A DNA stretch of 64,000 nt from the human T2T-CHM13v2.0 reference genome, Homo sapiens. Shown here one piece after another: positions 10,280 through 23,655 of the stretch. The number at the start of each line of letters is the position of its first letter. Position 1 is the stretch's first letter. The notes under the pieces were generated by a model. That model did no database searches. It saw only the letters and a list, made by a program, of their open reading frames with translations, and had not been told where the DNA came from. The translations under genes and the position numbers were made by a program. The stretch is from the NCBI RefSeq assembly GCF_009914755.1, contig NC_060940.1. One strand, given 5' to 3'.

Positions 10280-11514
10280 GTCCTTTGGATGTGACTTCCC
10301 AGCTTGGGAACAGACATGGCGGTGGGTTGTGGTGGGGGGGGGCTCTGCACACTGCAGGCAGCAGGGGTGTGGGGAAGAGAGGGAGAAGAGGCGAGGAGAG
10401 GGGAGGGGAGTCTCAAAGGACCTGGAGAAGCCCTCCCCGGAGCCAGGCTGGGCCAGCGTCAGCTGCTGCCACCATGGTTACTTAGACGTCACCGGGAAAA
10501 AGGGTCCCCCCCAACCCCCCCCCCCCACCCCCCCCGCAGACCCAGTTCTCCCACTCAGAGGCTTCAAGCTCCTCGTGGGTCTGCAGATTTCCCCGTGATC
10601 AGGAAGCATCCAGATCAGAGCCACCCAGCTAGGGGGGTGGAGGGAGAGGCTGGTGAAGGAACATACCCGGGGTCCTGCTGCCTGGCGTCTGTGTGGGAGG
10701 CTCCCGTCCTGTCCCTGTGATCTGTGGCCTGGGAGCTGGATTCAGAAGCTGCCCGGAGCCCCGGCTCTACAGCTCTCTGCTGCTGCTGGAAGGAGCATTT
10801 GTTTCCCGAGCTGGGCTGTAGGGAGGGGCAAGGCCCCAGACAGGCTGGAAGAGGGGACTCTCCCACCCCAGGGGGTGACAGGGACGTCAGAGGCCTCGCT
10901 GGGTATGTCAGCCTCCAGTCAACAGCCCTTCCTAGGCTGGGTGTGAAGAGCAGGTGACATTCATGTGACACCACCGCCGTGGGCTTTGTCGTGCAGCATC
11001 CCCTAACGTGGCTGGCCTGTCCCACCGGGGGCCGTGCCAACATCCTTTCCTGCGATCGGCACTGAGGTCCTGGAGAGGGACACAGGCAGCCCCAAGTGAC
11101 AGATGACAGAGCCGCTCACACACACTATTCTCTGTTCACGGACACTAGCCCTGGCCGGGCAGCAAGGCCATGTCCAGGAGCTGCTGGACGTGAGTCCTGG
11201 GCCTGCGAGACCCTCATGGGGAGGGGGCTGCTCTGCCCAGAGGACAGTTCCTGCATGCGGGCAGGGGCCTGGGGGTCCCTGGGTAGAAGGGGCTGAGATG
11301 GACTGTCCGGGTGGGCTCCACGCAGAGCAGAGGCCGGTCCTGTTTCCGGGTGCTGAGCATTGCTGGGTGTCTGGACAGCATGGGGCAGCGTCACCTTCAT
11401 GTCCGACACTTGGCCTCCAGCAGGGTGTGCGCCTGTGAGACAAGGGCGGGCCTGGACACCCTCCACATCACCTCCAAAGACGGGGTCTCTGCCCTCCTCC
11501 AATTTCTGGGGTCA

Positions 11515-11949
<435 letters not shown>

Positions 11950-12049
11950 TCAAGGAAGGGTCAAAGTTCACCCTAAGGTGTGGCATCATGCGTCTAGGGT
12001 TCAGACAGAGAAAGGAGTGAGACACTTGGCTCCCCAAAAACCCCCTGGT

Positions 12050-12195
12050 GTGTACGGCTTTAGACAAGCTGCTGGCCTCTCTGGCCTCAGTAGCCCACCT
12101 GCAAAATGGTGAGAATGGTGCCCACCTCCCCGGCAATGGCGCTCAGGAACACAGGAGATGCTGGTGGGTCAGGTGCTTACACAGGGTTTGGTTAG
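12050..12195 (+). mobile_element. MIR fragment
   Basis: ctctctggcctcagtagcccacctgcaaaatggtgagaat...gtgcttacacagg resembles the MIR core. Confidence 0.6.
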
Positions 12196-12319
12196 AAACA
12201 GCTACTCAACACATATCACCTGAAGTTGTCATTGAGCTACAGGGACAGGACCCACACCTGCATATGATCAGCAAAAAGTCTGCCTGCTGGACAATGGTGA
12301 CATATACTCCATACACCTG

Positions 12320-13352
12320 CCCATCCACCCAACTGCCCATTCACCTACCTCCCATCCTCCATCCACCCACTCACCCATCCACCCACCCATCCATCCACTC
12401 ACCCATCCATCCATCCATGCACCCACCCATTTACCCACTCACCCACCCACCCACCCACTCACCCATCCATGCACCTATCCATCCACTCACCCATCCAACC
12501 ATCCATGCACCCATCCATCCACCCACTCACCCATCCACCCTCCCATCCATCCACTCACCCACCCATTTACTCACCCATCCATCCATCCATGCACCCACCC
12601 ATTTACCCACTCACCCATCCACCCACCCATCCGTCCACCCACTCACTCACCCATCCACACACCTATCCATCCACTCACCCATCCAACCATCCATGCACCT
12701 GTCCATCCACCCACTCACACGTCCACCCCCATCCATCCACTCACCCACCCATTTACCCACACACCCACCCACCTACTCACCCATCCACCCACGCATCCAT
12801 CCACTCACCCATCCAACCATCCATGCACCCATCCACCACCCACTCACCCATCCACACCCCCATCCATCCACCCACCCATCCATCCACCCTCCCACCCATT
12901 CATCCACCCACCTACCCACCCACCCACCTATCCATCCATCCACCCACTCGCCCATCCACCCACCCATTTATCCATCCATCCATCCACCCATCCATCCTTT
13001 CACCTACTCATCCATCCATTCACCTACCCAACTACACACTCAGGCACCCACCCACCCATCCATCCACTCACCCACCCACCCACCCATCCATCCACCCACC
13101 CATCAATCCACTCATGCACCCATTCATCCACCCACCGCCCACCTGCCCATCCATCCATCCAACCACCAGCCACTCACCCATCCATCCATCCATTTATCCA
13201 CCCACCCACCCACCCATTCATCCATTTATTATCCACTGCAACCATACATCCATCCACTCACCCACCCCCTCATTCATCCATCTGTTCATCCACCCACCCA
13301 CCTACCCATCCACCCATCCATCCACTCCTTCATTCATTCATTAATTCATTCA
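12320..13352. repeat. Degenerate (CCAT/CCAC)n tetranucleotide array
   Basis: About 1 kb of CCAT/CCAC/CTCA units ending in cattcattcattaattcattca. Confidence 0.97.
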
Positions 13353-13560
13353 GTGACTGTTATGTAGTAGGTGCTGAGCTTTAAAGGAGAAGGAGATAGA
13401 CTCAGCCCTGAGCTCCCTCAATACATCAGGAAAGGGCAAAACAGGACACATACAGGGGACCATAAGAACCAGTACAGGGACCCAACCTGCCTTGTGGTCA
13501 GTGGAGGCTTTCTGAGGAAATGGGGCCCTTCAGATGTTTCCACTGAGTCTTGAGCAGGGA
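13330..13560 (-). mobile_element. L2 3' end fragment
   Basis: (CATT)n tail followed by ...taggtgctg...agactcagccctg...ggaggctttctgaggaa, matching the reverse complement of the L2 3' end. Confidence 0.6.
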
Positions 13561-14149
13561 TCTGGTGAGTCTTGTGTTCACAAGGATAGATGTTTCCAAT
13601 GAGTCTTGTCTCTGAGCAGCTCATCTCTCATTCAGTTAGACAGCATCATCCTTCATTTCTTCACTCAGTCTGAAGTATCCTACCTGGATGGCTCCAGCTT
13701 GCTCTTTTCTCTCTGAACCTGAGTGAGTGGTAGTGCTTAGGAGACACCTGGGACAGGTCTGAGACATGCCTGAGGCAGGCACAACCACCGGTTCCATATG
13801 CAGCCCTCTCACAGCTGTGGGTCCCAGGACTCAGTGAGCAGTAGGGTGCCAAACTCATCCTGGATTGCCTGGACATTTCCAGTTTCTGCAGTGAAAGTCC
13901 CATGTCCTGGGAAGCCCCTCAGTCCTGGGAGAAGCAGGATGGGTGATCATCTAGTGGGCAGGTATGGAAGGTTCCACACTGCCCGTGCCCATCTGTGGAG
14001 AAGAACATGCTTTGTGGTGTGGATGGTGGAGTGGGGGTAGAACATGAGCCATGGCTCACAACATGAGCCATGTGTCCCTGGGTGGCCTTACGAGCTCAAC
14101 AAGCTTGGGGCCGTAACTGTCCTTGGCCTTCACCCACAACCTAAATTAT

Positions 14150-14225
14150 CCTGGACACAGACCAGATACTCAATGAGTATTTGCTGAATGAACAAATCAG
14201 TGAATGAGTGAATGAATGAATGAAG
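14150..14225 (+). mobile_element. L2 3' terminal fragment
   Basis: ctggacacagaccagatactcaatgagtatttgctgaatgaa...(TGAA)n. Confidence 0.65.
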
Positions 14226-14684
14226 GTGAAGCAGGGCATGTTTGCTCCAGGCAGAACAGATTCAAGTCTCTGAGATATTTCAGAGCATTGAACAGAGCAT
14301 TGAACCAAATGAAGGCTCAGTGGTAACGGAAACAGGCTGGGCAGCAGCAGGAAGCTCAGGGTCATCATCGCTCTCTTTAAATTGCTCCAATGGTGAGAAC
14401 AATTTCTACAGGAGACCCACTGGCAGGAAGGGCAAAGGGGTAGCTAACAGGGAGGTAAGCATGGCAGAGACCTCAGGAGCCCTAGGCAGATCTGTCATCT
14501 GGCAGCTATTGTGGGTTCTGTGCAGGTGGAGTCATTGCTAACTGGGGGGCCCTGAGTGCATGACATGGGACACCTGCCTGCTCAGCTTGAGTACATCATT
14601 AGGACTGTGGTTAATGCTAATGACTGTGACCTTGAGTTACCAAGACATGGTAGAAGTATGTGTCAAGCTCATTTCTCTAAAAGA

Positions 14685-15095
14685 TGCAGCACCCACTAGG
14701 ATGGCTGAAGTTCAGAGGGAAGACATCCAGTCCTGGTGAGGACATGGGCAAGTGGGGCCTCATCCTCCTGATAGAAGCTTGTATTGCTATTGCACAACCA
14801 CTCCAAAGATGGTTTGTGGTCCCACCAAGAGCTGGCATGCCAGTGACCTATGACCCAGCAATTCTGCTGCCAGAAGTCCACCTGTGTGAAATGCACGCTT
14901 GTGTTCACCAGGAGAGAAGGTTCTTTGTAGATCTCAAACAGGGAACTTTCCACACACCCCTCAAGAGCAGGTAGATAAACTATGGTCTTTTCCCATTCTG
15001 AGATCCAGCTCAGTAACGAGGAGGAACCAGGCAGGCATGCTGAGCCCCTCCTGCAAAGGAGCATGGTATGTGGCTCATTTACATAAAGTTACAAG
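14685..15095 (+). mobile_element. Old L1 (L1M) ORF2 end / 3' UTR fragment
   Basis: cacccactaggatggct...ggtgaggacatgg...cctatgacccagcaattctgct...gaaatgcacgcttgtgttcaccagga...gtagataaactatggt. Confidence 0.7.
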
Positions 15096-18000
15096 GTGAT
15101 GTTTTTTTTTTCCAGACAGGGCAGTGAGAAAAACAGTTCAGGGCGGTTTCTTCCAAAATCAATTCAGAGCTATGCAGACCTACTGGAAAGCCAGGTCTCC
15201 AGAGCGGCTGGGGGTCCTCCCACTGAGTTGTGGGTGTATCCCCCCAGCTCCCAGCTAAAAGTCAGGCCACCTTCTCTCCAGAACCCAGGGTCCACGTTCT
15301 GAAGTCTTCACATTCTGGAATGTTCCTCTCTACTCTGCAGATGCGAATAAAATACCCCAAAACAGGTGAGCTGCCATGAGGGCGGCCATGGTTACTTTCC
15401 GAGGCATCGTGGGGGCACCTGCAGGAGTGAAGAGGAAGGGAGCAGGTGAGGCGGCTCGCAGCCACCCGATTCCCCTGCACAGTGAGTTTCTCATCTCTCT
15501 AAGTACCAGGGGATGTCTTGGCCAGGGAAGAAGATTCTGTTAGAAAGAGGAGACTTAGCCTCTGTCAGGGCTTTGGTGCTCACCTGTTCTGAAATGAGGC
15601 CCTGAGCACCCCAGGGTCAGGGCTGGGGTGGGGGCAAAGGGGAAAGGAAGGGAGTGGTGGCTGTGACGGTGACAGTGATGATATGTGGGAGGGCGTCTGG
15701 GTGCTTGGTCCTCCTCCAGCTTGATCTCAACAAAGGCATGGAGGGCTCATGGGGCTGGTGCGAGTTTTCACCCCATTTAACAGAAGAGGGCCCCTGACTC
15801 CACTTCTTGGTGATTTACCCACAGTCCACCCCTCACAGTCGGGGCCCAAGCCCAGGAAGAGGAGTGGTGGGGACGGGGCCAGGGTCTGCTGCCCTGCCAA
15901 GGCCGCAGCACGCCTGGGGCCACACCAAAACCTCCACCCCTGCATGGGGCTTCCTCCCTCTCAGGGAGGAGAAGGGAGCGTGCTGTCTCTGAACGGGAGG
16001 AGGCTGTTGGGTGCAGACCCCCAGAGCTCTGTCTCCCCACTGGACACACCCAGGCAGCATCTCCTGTGCCCTGTCAGCCCCCAGTCCCACACTGGCCCCT
16101 TCAGGGAAGCATCCTCAGGCATTTTAGGGAAGAGGAAGGTCTGTGGCTCAGAGCAGCCCCTGCTTCTCCCTGGGCCCCCGAGGGAGGGTCTGCAGGAACG
16201 GATGGCCGCCCAGGCCGGGTCCTATAAGCACCTCCAGTGACCAGGCATCTCTGAGAGCTGCCGGTGCCTGCAGGGGCCCTGGGTGCTGAGCCTGCCCGCC
16301 TCCTCCACGGTGTCCAGCGCGGGAGGTTGCCAGCGGCAGGAGCGGCAGGGAGGCTGGGCAACCTGAGCAGGAAGCAGCCGGCTGGAGCATTTCCTTTCAT
16401 TAAATACCCGCCCAGCTCCCCTCCCGGGAAGGAGGCAGGTCACAGGCCGTCCCCGGGCCTCACCACTTCAGGAATGTACGCGGTGCCGGGGGAGCTGTGG
16501 TGCCGTCACCGGGAGGAAGACAGAAGCTGGCGTGGCGGAGGTGGGCGTCCCCTCCCATCTGGCAGAAGAGTCATCTTCTTGCAAAAGGCGGGGATGGAGC
16601 CCGCTGAGCTTCCTTTGAAAACGAGACAGATGACATTTCAATCTTCCATGGGGTCTGGAGGCCTCACCCCACCCCCGCCTCCCGCTCCACACGCCCGCCT
16701 GTGAGGTTCGGGGCGCGGCTCCCCTGGGGAGGGCTCCCTGTCACCTGTTCCTCCCATCTGAGAGCTCGCCAGAGGACTGTGGGTGGCAGCGGGTGCGGCA
16801 GATCCGGCGTGTGGGCGCCGACTGCTCCTGCCTCACTGCCACGGTGCCCTCGGTTACCACACAGCCTGCGCGGGGGCTGGTTTGCAGGAAGCCCCCAGAG
16901 AGTCCCCACCCGAATCCTCCTTTATTTTAAATCTGTGAAGCTCATGTCTGCAAAACGCACCCCCGATCCCCCAGCCTAAGCTCTGAAAATGCTGTGGGAG
17001 AAGGGGCTCTGCTTCGAGTCGGATGGGTGGAGGGACCCTGGCTGGGGCAGCTCCTGGTGGTCCCTGCTGGCTGGCTCGGGCCAGGCCTGCCAGGAGCTGG
17101 CTGAGACACCGTTACTGTGTCTGGGAAACGGGTGCCCTGGGCCCCCTGCATGGCGTGTCAGAGGGCAGCGGGACAGACAGCAGGAGAGGAGTCTGTGGCT
17201 GGAACCAGGCAGGTGGCGCCCAGAGCCAGCTGGAGAGGCCCACGGGAGGCGTGAAGGCTGCTGGGTGCCAGGGCAGTGCTGGGCCCAAGTCAAGAACCCC
17301 TGGACAGGGCTCAGACTCCAGATCAGGGTTCCAGGCCATGACCCTGGCAGGTCCTCACCTGCAGTGATGCCAGCCTCGCAGGACCCATGGGGGGAAAAGG
17401 GGAAGGGCATAGGTGCCCTCGGTGCCCACAGGAGGCCCTGGGAGCTCTGGAGCAGGCAGGAGGTGCACACCAGGTGCCACACAGTGGGAGCAGTTGGAAG
17501 CAGTGAACTAGATTTGGGGACTGCCTCCTGGGTAGGTGCAGGGCAGAAGGAATCCAGCGAGCAGCAGCGTGAGGGCCCCGGCCCAGCCCGTTTGTGCGGA
17601 TGGCCAAGCACACCCAGCGTGGGGGTTCTCCAAGGCCCAAGGAGGTTCTTCTCTCTAAGGAGGACGGCAGGAAGGCCCGGAGGCCTGGGCAGCCGGTGCT
17701 GGTGGGGAAGCAGGCAGGGAGGAAACTGACAGGTGGCATAGGAGCCCAGGTGAACCACCTGGCCAGGACTGAGGAGGGAGGCCACGCAGCAAACTGCATC
17801 CAGATTTCAGAAAGAAAGAGGAAGGGGGAAAGAGGGAAAGCCAGCTGGTTCCACGGAGCAAGCCGGCACGGGCATTCGCTGGTTCCTAAGGGGCCGGATG
17901 GGAACCGAGTCGGATCACGTGCCTGCCCCTGGCATGTGGTGGAGGACAGGTGGAGGGACCCCAGGTGGGGCAGCTCCCGGTGGAGCAGCTTCTGGTGGTC

Positions 18001-18488
18001 CCTGCCGGCTCCACCCAGATCTTTCTAGAAACTGCTGCCTGAAGGGGACATTTCTCTTCCTGGGAGGAGGGAGAGTGGTGTCCACTACCCTGGGCCCTGG
18101 ACTGTCCTTGGCCCTGAACCTGCCTCTCCTGCCCATGCCTCTCTCGGCTCACATGCTGCCTCCTCCTGGAAGCCCTCCTAAACTGGCCCAGACAGAACCC
18201 TCTGATGGTCTCCTTCAAGGCCATGGTCACTGTCAGTAATCACTGTGAGGGGTGGGACTGCGTGGGTCCCAGTTTCCCCATCCCCAGGCTGTTCCTCCGT
18301 GAGGTCACAACTGACCCTGGTGCCTCATGCCAGGCACACGGAGCTGCTCACCAGCCCCCATGACCAGCTGAGCTGCTTCAAGCCACTGAGGGGTGGATGG
18401 AGGCTGGGTTTTGGGCCAGAGTCTGGAGACGCACTAGTCATGTCCTGGCCCCTGGGCTGAGCTCAGGACAGGTCCCCTCGAGCTGCTG

Positions 18489-18529
18489 GAGCCAGCAGTC
18501 ATGAGCCAGCAGTCATGAGCCAGCAGTCA
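18489..18529. repeat. 14-bp tandem repeat x3
   Basis: gagccagcagtcat repeated. Confidence 0.9.
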
Positions 18530-20189
18530 GAGGCCGATGTGGGGTAGGGCTCTGTGGACCTGCAGGGATTCCCAAGAGCAGGGAGGCTCTTCCGGGGCAG
18601 CTCAGCCAGCAGGGGCCAGGCAGGTCCGGGCACTGTGGGCTCCCTGGGGCTTCTGAGAGCCTGGCCTGGGAGGGTGGCAGGGCCTTTGCCCCCTGGGGGT
18701 GCCCACACTTTGGCACACCTGCTGGTGCTTCCCTGGCCCTCCCTGATGCCCGCAGGCTCAGGGCCCTCAAATCAAGATGCACGAGGCTGGGACTCCATTT
18801 AACCTCAGACAACACCGAGGTGGGGCCGGTAGCTGCAGAGCTGAGGCTGCACCTGCCGCCCCCTGTGAGGGCCGCGTCCCGTCCCTGGGAAGTACCAGTT
18901 GGGAGGTCACTGAGCGCCGTGTCTCCCGACCCCAGGAAGGTTCCTGAGTTTGGGATGAATTCCTTCTCCCACCCAAGTTTCTTAGTGACCTTGACAAGTG
19001 GCCTGGACAGCTGGTTCTCCAGCCGCGGCCAGAGGAAGAAGTGCTGTCGGCCATGGGACCGGGGACAGGGACCCCAGTTCCCTGACCTCCAGCCAGGAGC
19101 CCCAGGCCCTGGCGATGCCATGTGCACAGCGCACTCCCCATGGCCTCGGCTGGGTGATGACCTGGGTCTGGGTGGGAACCTCGCTTCTCGGCCATGTGGG
19201 TTAAACTCGGGGATCTCGGCCTGCTTTGGAAAATTGAAACCGTATTTTTGCTCCTGGAGCTCCCCAAACCATTTGCACCTGGACTCGGAAAGCTCATTTG
19301 GACACAGATGCCGTTTCTCCCCAGGAGATTTGATTTTCCCTGGAATGCCAGCAGGAAAGTCGGTGGGAAGCCAGGTTGGGGGTGTGGGAGGGCAAGCAGA
19401 GCGGGGGTGCGGGGAACAGGTGCCCCCGGCTCTGTGCAGTGGCTGTGGGTCCTGGGCTCCTCACTCAGCCCATCTGGGTTGCTCCTCTCCTGAAGACCAG
19501 GCCGTGCAGAGCAGGTTTCACGGGGTGGACACACGTCCCAGCTCATCACATGGCGGGGGCTGCTCCTGGCCTGGAAGGAAGGACAGCAGTGCGGTCTCCA
19601 TGACTGGGGAGAGGGAGCTGATGGCTCCATTTGGCGGGGGGGGTGGCGGCCGGGAAAAGCCCCCGGGACCCTGACACCGGCAGCTGTCTAAAGTCCGTGA
19701 AATCCCAACCACTGCTGGCCACGGCATCCTGGGCCCCGACGTGCAGGCTGCCCAGTGGCGCCTCTAGGAAAAACTGCTGGGTGTGAGGGGCAGATATGGG
19801 GGCTGCGAAGTGAAGCCTGGAGGTTGCGGAGTATCCACTGGAGGATCAGCCTGTCGGGGTTAGGCCCAGGGGTCCCCAAGCTGAGGGATGTTCAGGGCTA
19901 AAGCCAGGAGAGTCCCAGGCAGACGTGTGGACGGTGGGTCTCCCCTGTTCAGCTCCCCAGGCGCTGGCCTTTCGGGTCTGGAGGTGCTGCCCCTCCCATT
20001 CAGTGCGGTAGGGCCCTGCCTCGGTGCCCCCGGGACACGGCAGCTGTGAGCACCTGGCTGGAGTGCTGAGGGCCTCCCAGAGCTGGGGCCCAGGTGGCTT
20101 GGAGATGCCTCCTCAGCTCAGCATTTACCGCGGGGTAGGCAGCTCCAGATGCCTGGAGCTGAGGGCCTGGCTGCGGGGGTGTGGCAGTG

Positions 20190-20610
20190 CCACATGGCTG
20201 CCCAAGTAAAGTGCCATGAGCCGAGTGGTTTAGAAAACAAACCTGTCCTCTCACAGGTCTGCAGGCCAAAAGTCTGAGATCAAGGCTTGGGCAGGGCCAC
20301 GCTCCCCAATGAGACTCCAGGGGAAGATCCTTCCTGCCTATTCCAGCTCCTGGTGGCTCCAGGTGTCCCTTGGCTTGTGGCCACCTCGCTCCAACCTCTG
20401 TCCCGGCTTCACGCGGCTGTCTCCTCTGCATGTCTGTCTCCTCCTCTGCTTCTATGAGGACACTCATCGCTGGATTTAGGTCCCACCCAGATAACCCAGG
20501 ATGACCCCACTGCAAGATCTTTTGATCAATTACATCTGCAAAGACTCCATTTCCCAACCAAGCCAGAGTCACAGATTCCCAGGGTCAGCTGTGGCCACCG
20601 TTCAGCCTGA
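20190..20610 (-). mobile_element. MaLR solo LTR (MLT1A-C-like)
   Basis: ctctcacaggtctgcaggccaaaagtctgagatcaagg...tccttcctgcctattccagctcctggtggctcc...ggatttaggtcccaccc...aattacatctgcaaagactccatttccc. Confidence 0.85.
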
Positions 20611-21289
20611 AACATGCCGCGTCACCTCACCCAAGCCTCACATCGCCCCGTGAGGAAGCCACCGTGGAGGTGAAGTTCAAGTTCTCACCACCTGCCCTGT
20701 ATGATTTCTCCTCCAGGGAACCCTGGGTGTCCACGGAGGGGCCGATGGCTGTCCCTGGCCCGTCATGGGGCCCCAGCTCTGACACCTGAGCTTCTGAATT
20801 CACTTGTTTAGTTTTTCAGGAACATTTTTTCCTTCGGTGCCTTTCCAGGGAGCCCCAGGGGTGGGGGCGTGGAGTTCTCCCCTGGGCCTCCGAGGGGCTT
20901 CTGCTGCCTGAGGGGTCCGTCCAAACTGTAGCTCAGATCCGCCGCTGCTGCCCTCCTGGCCCAGCGGAATGCTGGCACCTCCAGGAGCTCTTGGCAGTGA
21001 GCCACGTGGTGGACAGTCCCTTGCTCTGAGGGCCCTGTCACCTGGGCACAGTTCAGGGTCCCTTGGAACTGGAGATGTGGCAGGAGGGAGGCCCAGCCCC
21101 CTTCTGGGCTCCCTGAGGCTCCACTGAATCTTTGGAGGGGAGAGACGCTGGATTCCTGGTGGTGACCTGAGGGCTCACACAGGTAAACCAAGCAAGACCG
21201 TGGGTCTGTGGCACCCCACATCTGTGCACCTGTGCAACCGCAGTCTGATGTCCCTCCCCGGTGAAGGGACCCGCACATGTGCACCTGCC

Positions 21290-21670
21290 GCAGCCCCGAT
21301 GTCCCTCCCCGGGTGAAGGAACCCACGGACGTGGCTCATCCATACCGCGGAACGTGAGCCATGAAAAGGGGCAGCCTCGGCTCAGCCACCGCAGGGAAGG
21401 ACTCGACACACGCCGAGCAGAAGAGGCCAGGCCTGAGAGGCCACCTGCGATTCCATCTGCGGAAATGCCAGAAAGGGAGGTCCGCAGACGCAAGAGCTGG
21501 ACTGGGGGGACGGCCGAGGGGCGAGGGGTTTCCTTCCGGATGAAATTGCCCCAGAACGACATGCAGGGCGTGGGGAGGTGGCTGCAAGATACTGCGGCCC
21601 CGCTGGATGCCACAGCACCCCATGCCGTGAACGGCTAATTCTACGCCATGTGGATCTCACCTCAATCAAA
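21290..21670 (+). mobile_element. GC-shifted L1MB/MC-like 3' UTR
   Basis: Collinear with the L1M 3' UTR from gatgtccctc...catccatacc...gccatgaaaagg to gtgaacggctaattctacgccatgtggatctcacctcaatcaaa. Confidence 0.65.
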
Positions 21671-22620
21671 CAATTGGAAGATTCCCAGCAGCTGAGATGA
21701 CTCACGTTCGGGGGTGACTCATCCAGGCCACCGGCATCGCGTCGCTTAAAGACAAGCCTGACCTTTCCCCAGAAGCCTCAAGACCACAGTGGCCTCCCAC
21801 GGCGGAGGGCAGTGCCCAGGGCTGGTGTTCATCCAGGGCACGGGACAGGCCTGAAGTGCAGACATTTCCTCTGCCAAGCAGTGGACGCAGGCTCGGCCCC
21901 CGCTGGCCAGGGGCGGCTCTAAGTTTGGAAAAACGAAAGTCCCGTGGCAGAGTGGGCCCCTGGGGTGGGATCCTGGAGCCAGGGCTGGGCCAAGGTGTGG
22001 GTTGAGAGACCCGGGGGCCTTCCCTGCAGCTGGCATGGAGTGATGGGGAGGGGGTGCTGGGTGGAGAGGGAGCTATAGAGGCCACAGGAGGGGTCCCTAG
22101 CCTCCAGCACCATGGCCGTGGTCTGGGGGGCATCCTGGCAGCCCCATGGAGTGGCCGTGTCCAGGGACTGAGCTCCAAATGAGGAACCGTGCGGGGTCCA
22201 GAGACCCTGCACTCACGCGGCCGGGCCCCACCTGCTGCCACAGCCCCCTCATGGGCCTCGCTCACACCCACTCCTGCACACAGCATGCGGCCCCACAGCC
22301 CCACGCCAGACAGTGTCCAGGCTTTGTGGAAAGTGCTGCTCTGACGGAAGAGGCCTGCGCAGGTCCTGCTGGCCAGGAGCCCGGTGGTGGTCCCGGGAAG
22401 GGGTGGATGGCTGCCAGCTGCTTTCCTGGGAAAAGCCCAGAGCCCCTCATGCCCTGCACTCCTCTGATGGCAGCCTGGACACGGCACAAGGGGACGCCCT
22501 GGAAAGCCCTCGGCACGCGGTCGTGGCGGCATCAGGCCTCACGAGCCAGGGCCCATCAGAGGCGGAATCTGACCTGGGCTGAACTCAGGCCCCCAAGGTG
22601 CACTGGTTGAAGCCTTAAAG

Positions 22621-22712
22621 GAGGGACACGGGGGGCTGCGACCCCACAGGCTGCTGTCCTTAGAGGAGGGACACGGGGGGCTGCGACCCCACAGGCTGCT
22701 GCCCTTAGAGGA
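22621..22712. repeat. ~46-bp tandem duplication
   Basis: gagggacacggggggctgcgaccccacaggctgctgYccttagag occurs twice. Confidence 0.9.
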
Positions 22713-23356
22713 GGAGGCAAGGTCCACGGCAGGCACAGAGGGACCAGCCCGAAGGCCCCTCAGGGGTCTGGAGGGCTCTACCCCCTGAGGTCGTCCACTG
22801 TCCTGGCCCGAGGACCCTCTGCTGCCCTGTGTGGACCCCCTGGGCATGAAGCACATAGGGCAGTGGGTGGCACTGACGGAGCAGCCTTCTGGAATGTGCC
22901 GCCCTGGCTCGTGCCGGCCCCGCGTGTGGCCCCGGGAGCTCAATTTCCTGACAACACTCAGTCCTGAGGTTTCCTGCCCCCTCAGAACCATTGATGAGTG
23001 TTTTGTGGTTAAGAAAAAGAAAAAGAAAACAAAACCAAAACCTGTTATTTTTCCCAAGGTGAACGTGAGCGCCCTGTGAGGAGGCCCAGGCGATTTCCCA
23101 CCCTTCACATGCGTCTCCAAGCCCGGAGCACGGCAGGCACAGGAGTGACCAGCAAGCCTGGCCCCAGCCCCAGCCCCAGCCCCACTCCTGGGCCTGGGTC
23201 AGTATTGATTCAGGGAAGGTGGCTCCAGCCTTGCCCATGGTGCGGGGAGCATGTGGGGTGCCCCAGGAGGCTGTCCAGAGAGACCTCTGGAGCCGGGTAT
23301 CCACACAGACACGCAGGCGGGGAGGGGGCAGAGATGGGGGAGTGAGAAGAGATGGG

Positions 23357-23655
23357 GGCTGGGCGCCGTGGCTCATGCCTGTAATCCCAGCACTTTGGGA
23401 AACTGAGATGGGTGAATTGCTTGATCTCAGGAGTTCAAGACCAGCCTGGCAACATGGCAAGACCCCATCTCTACAAAAAATACAAAAATTAGCTGGGCAT
23501 GGTGGTGTGTACTTGCAGTCCCAGCCAATCAGGAGGCTGAGGTAGGAGGATCACTGGGGCCCAGGAGGCAGAGGCTGCAGTGAGCCAAGATCACACCGCT
23601 GCACTCCAGCCTGGGCGACAGAGTGAGACCCTATCTCGAGAAAAAAAAAAAAAAC
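23357..23655 (+). mobile_element. Alu (AluJ-like)
   Basis: Dimeric Alu with J-type ggaggatcact...cccaggaggcagaggctgcagtgag and an A tail. Confidence 0.95.

Noticed and set aside
12048-13367. Long His/Pro-rich ORFs here and at 52833-54199
   Set aside because: Translations of (CCAT)n simple repeats.
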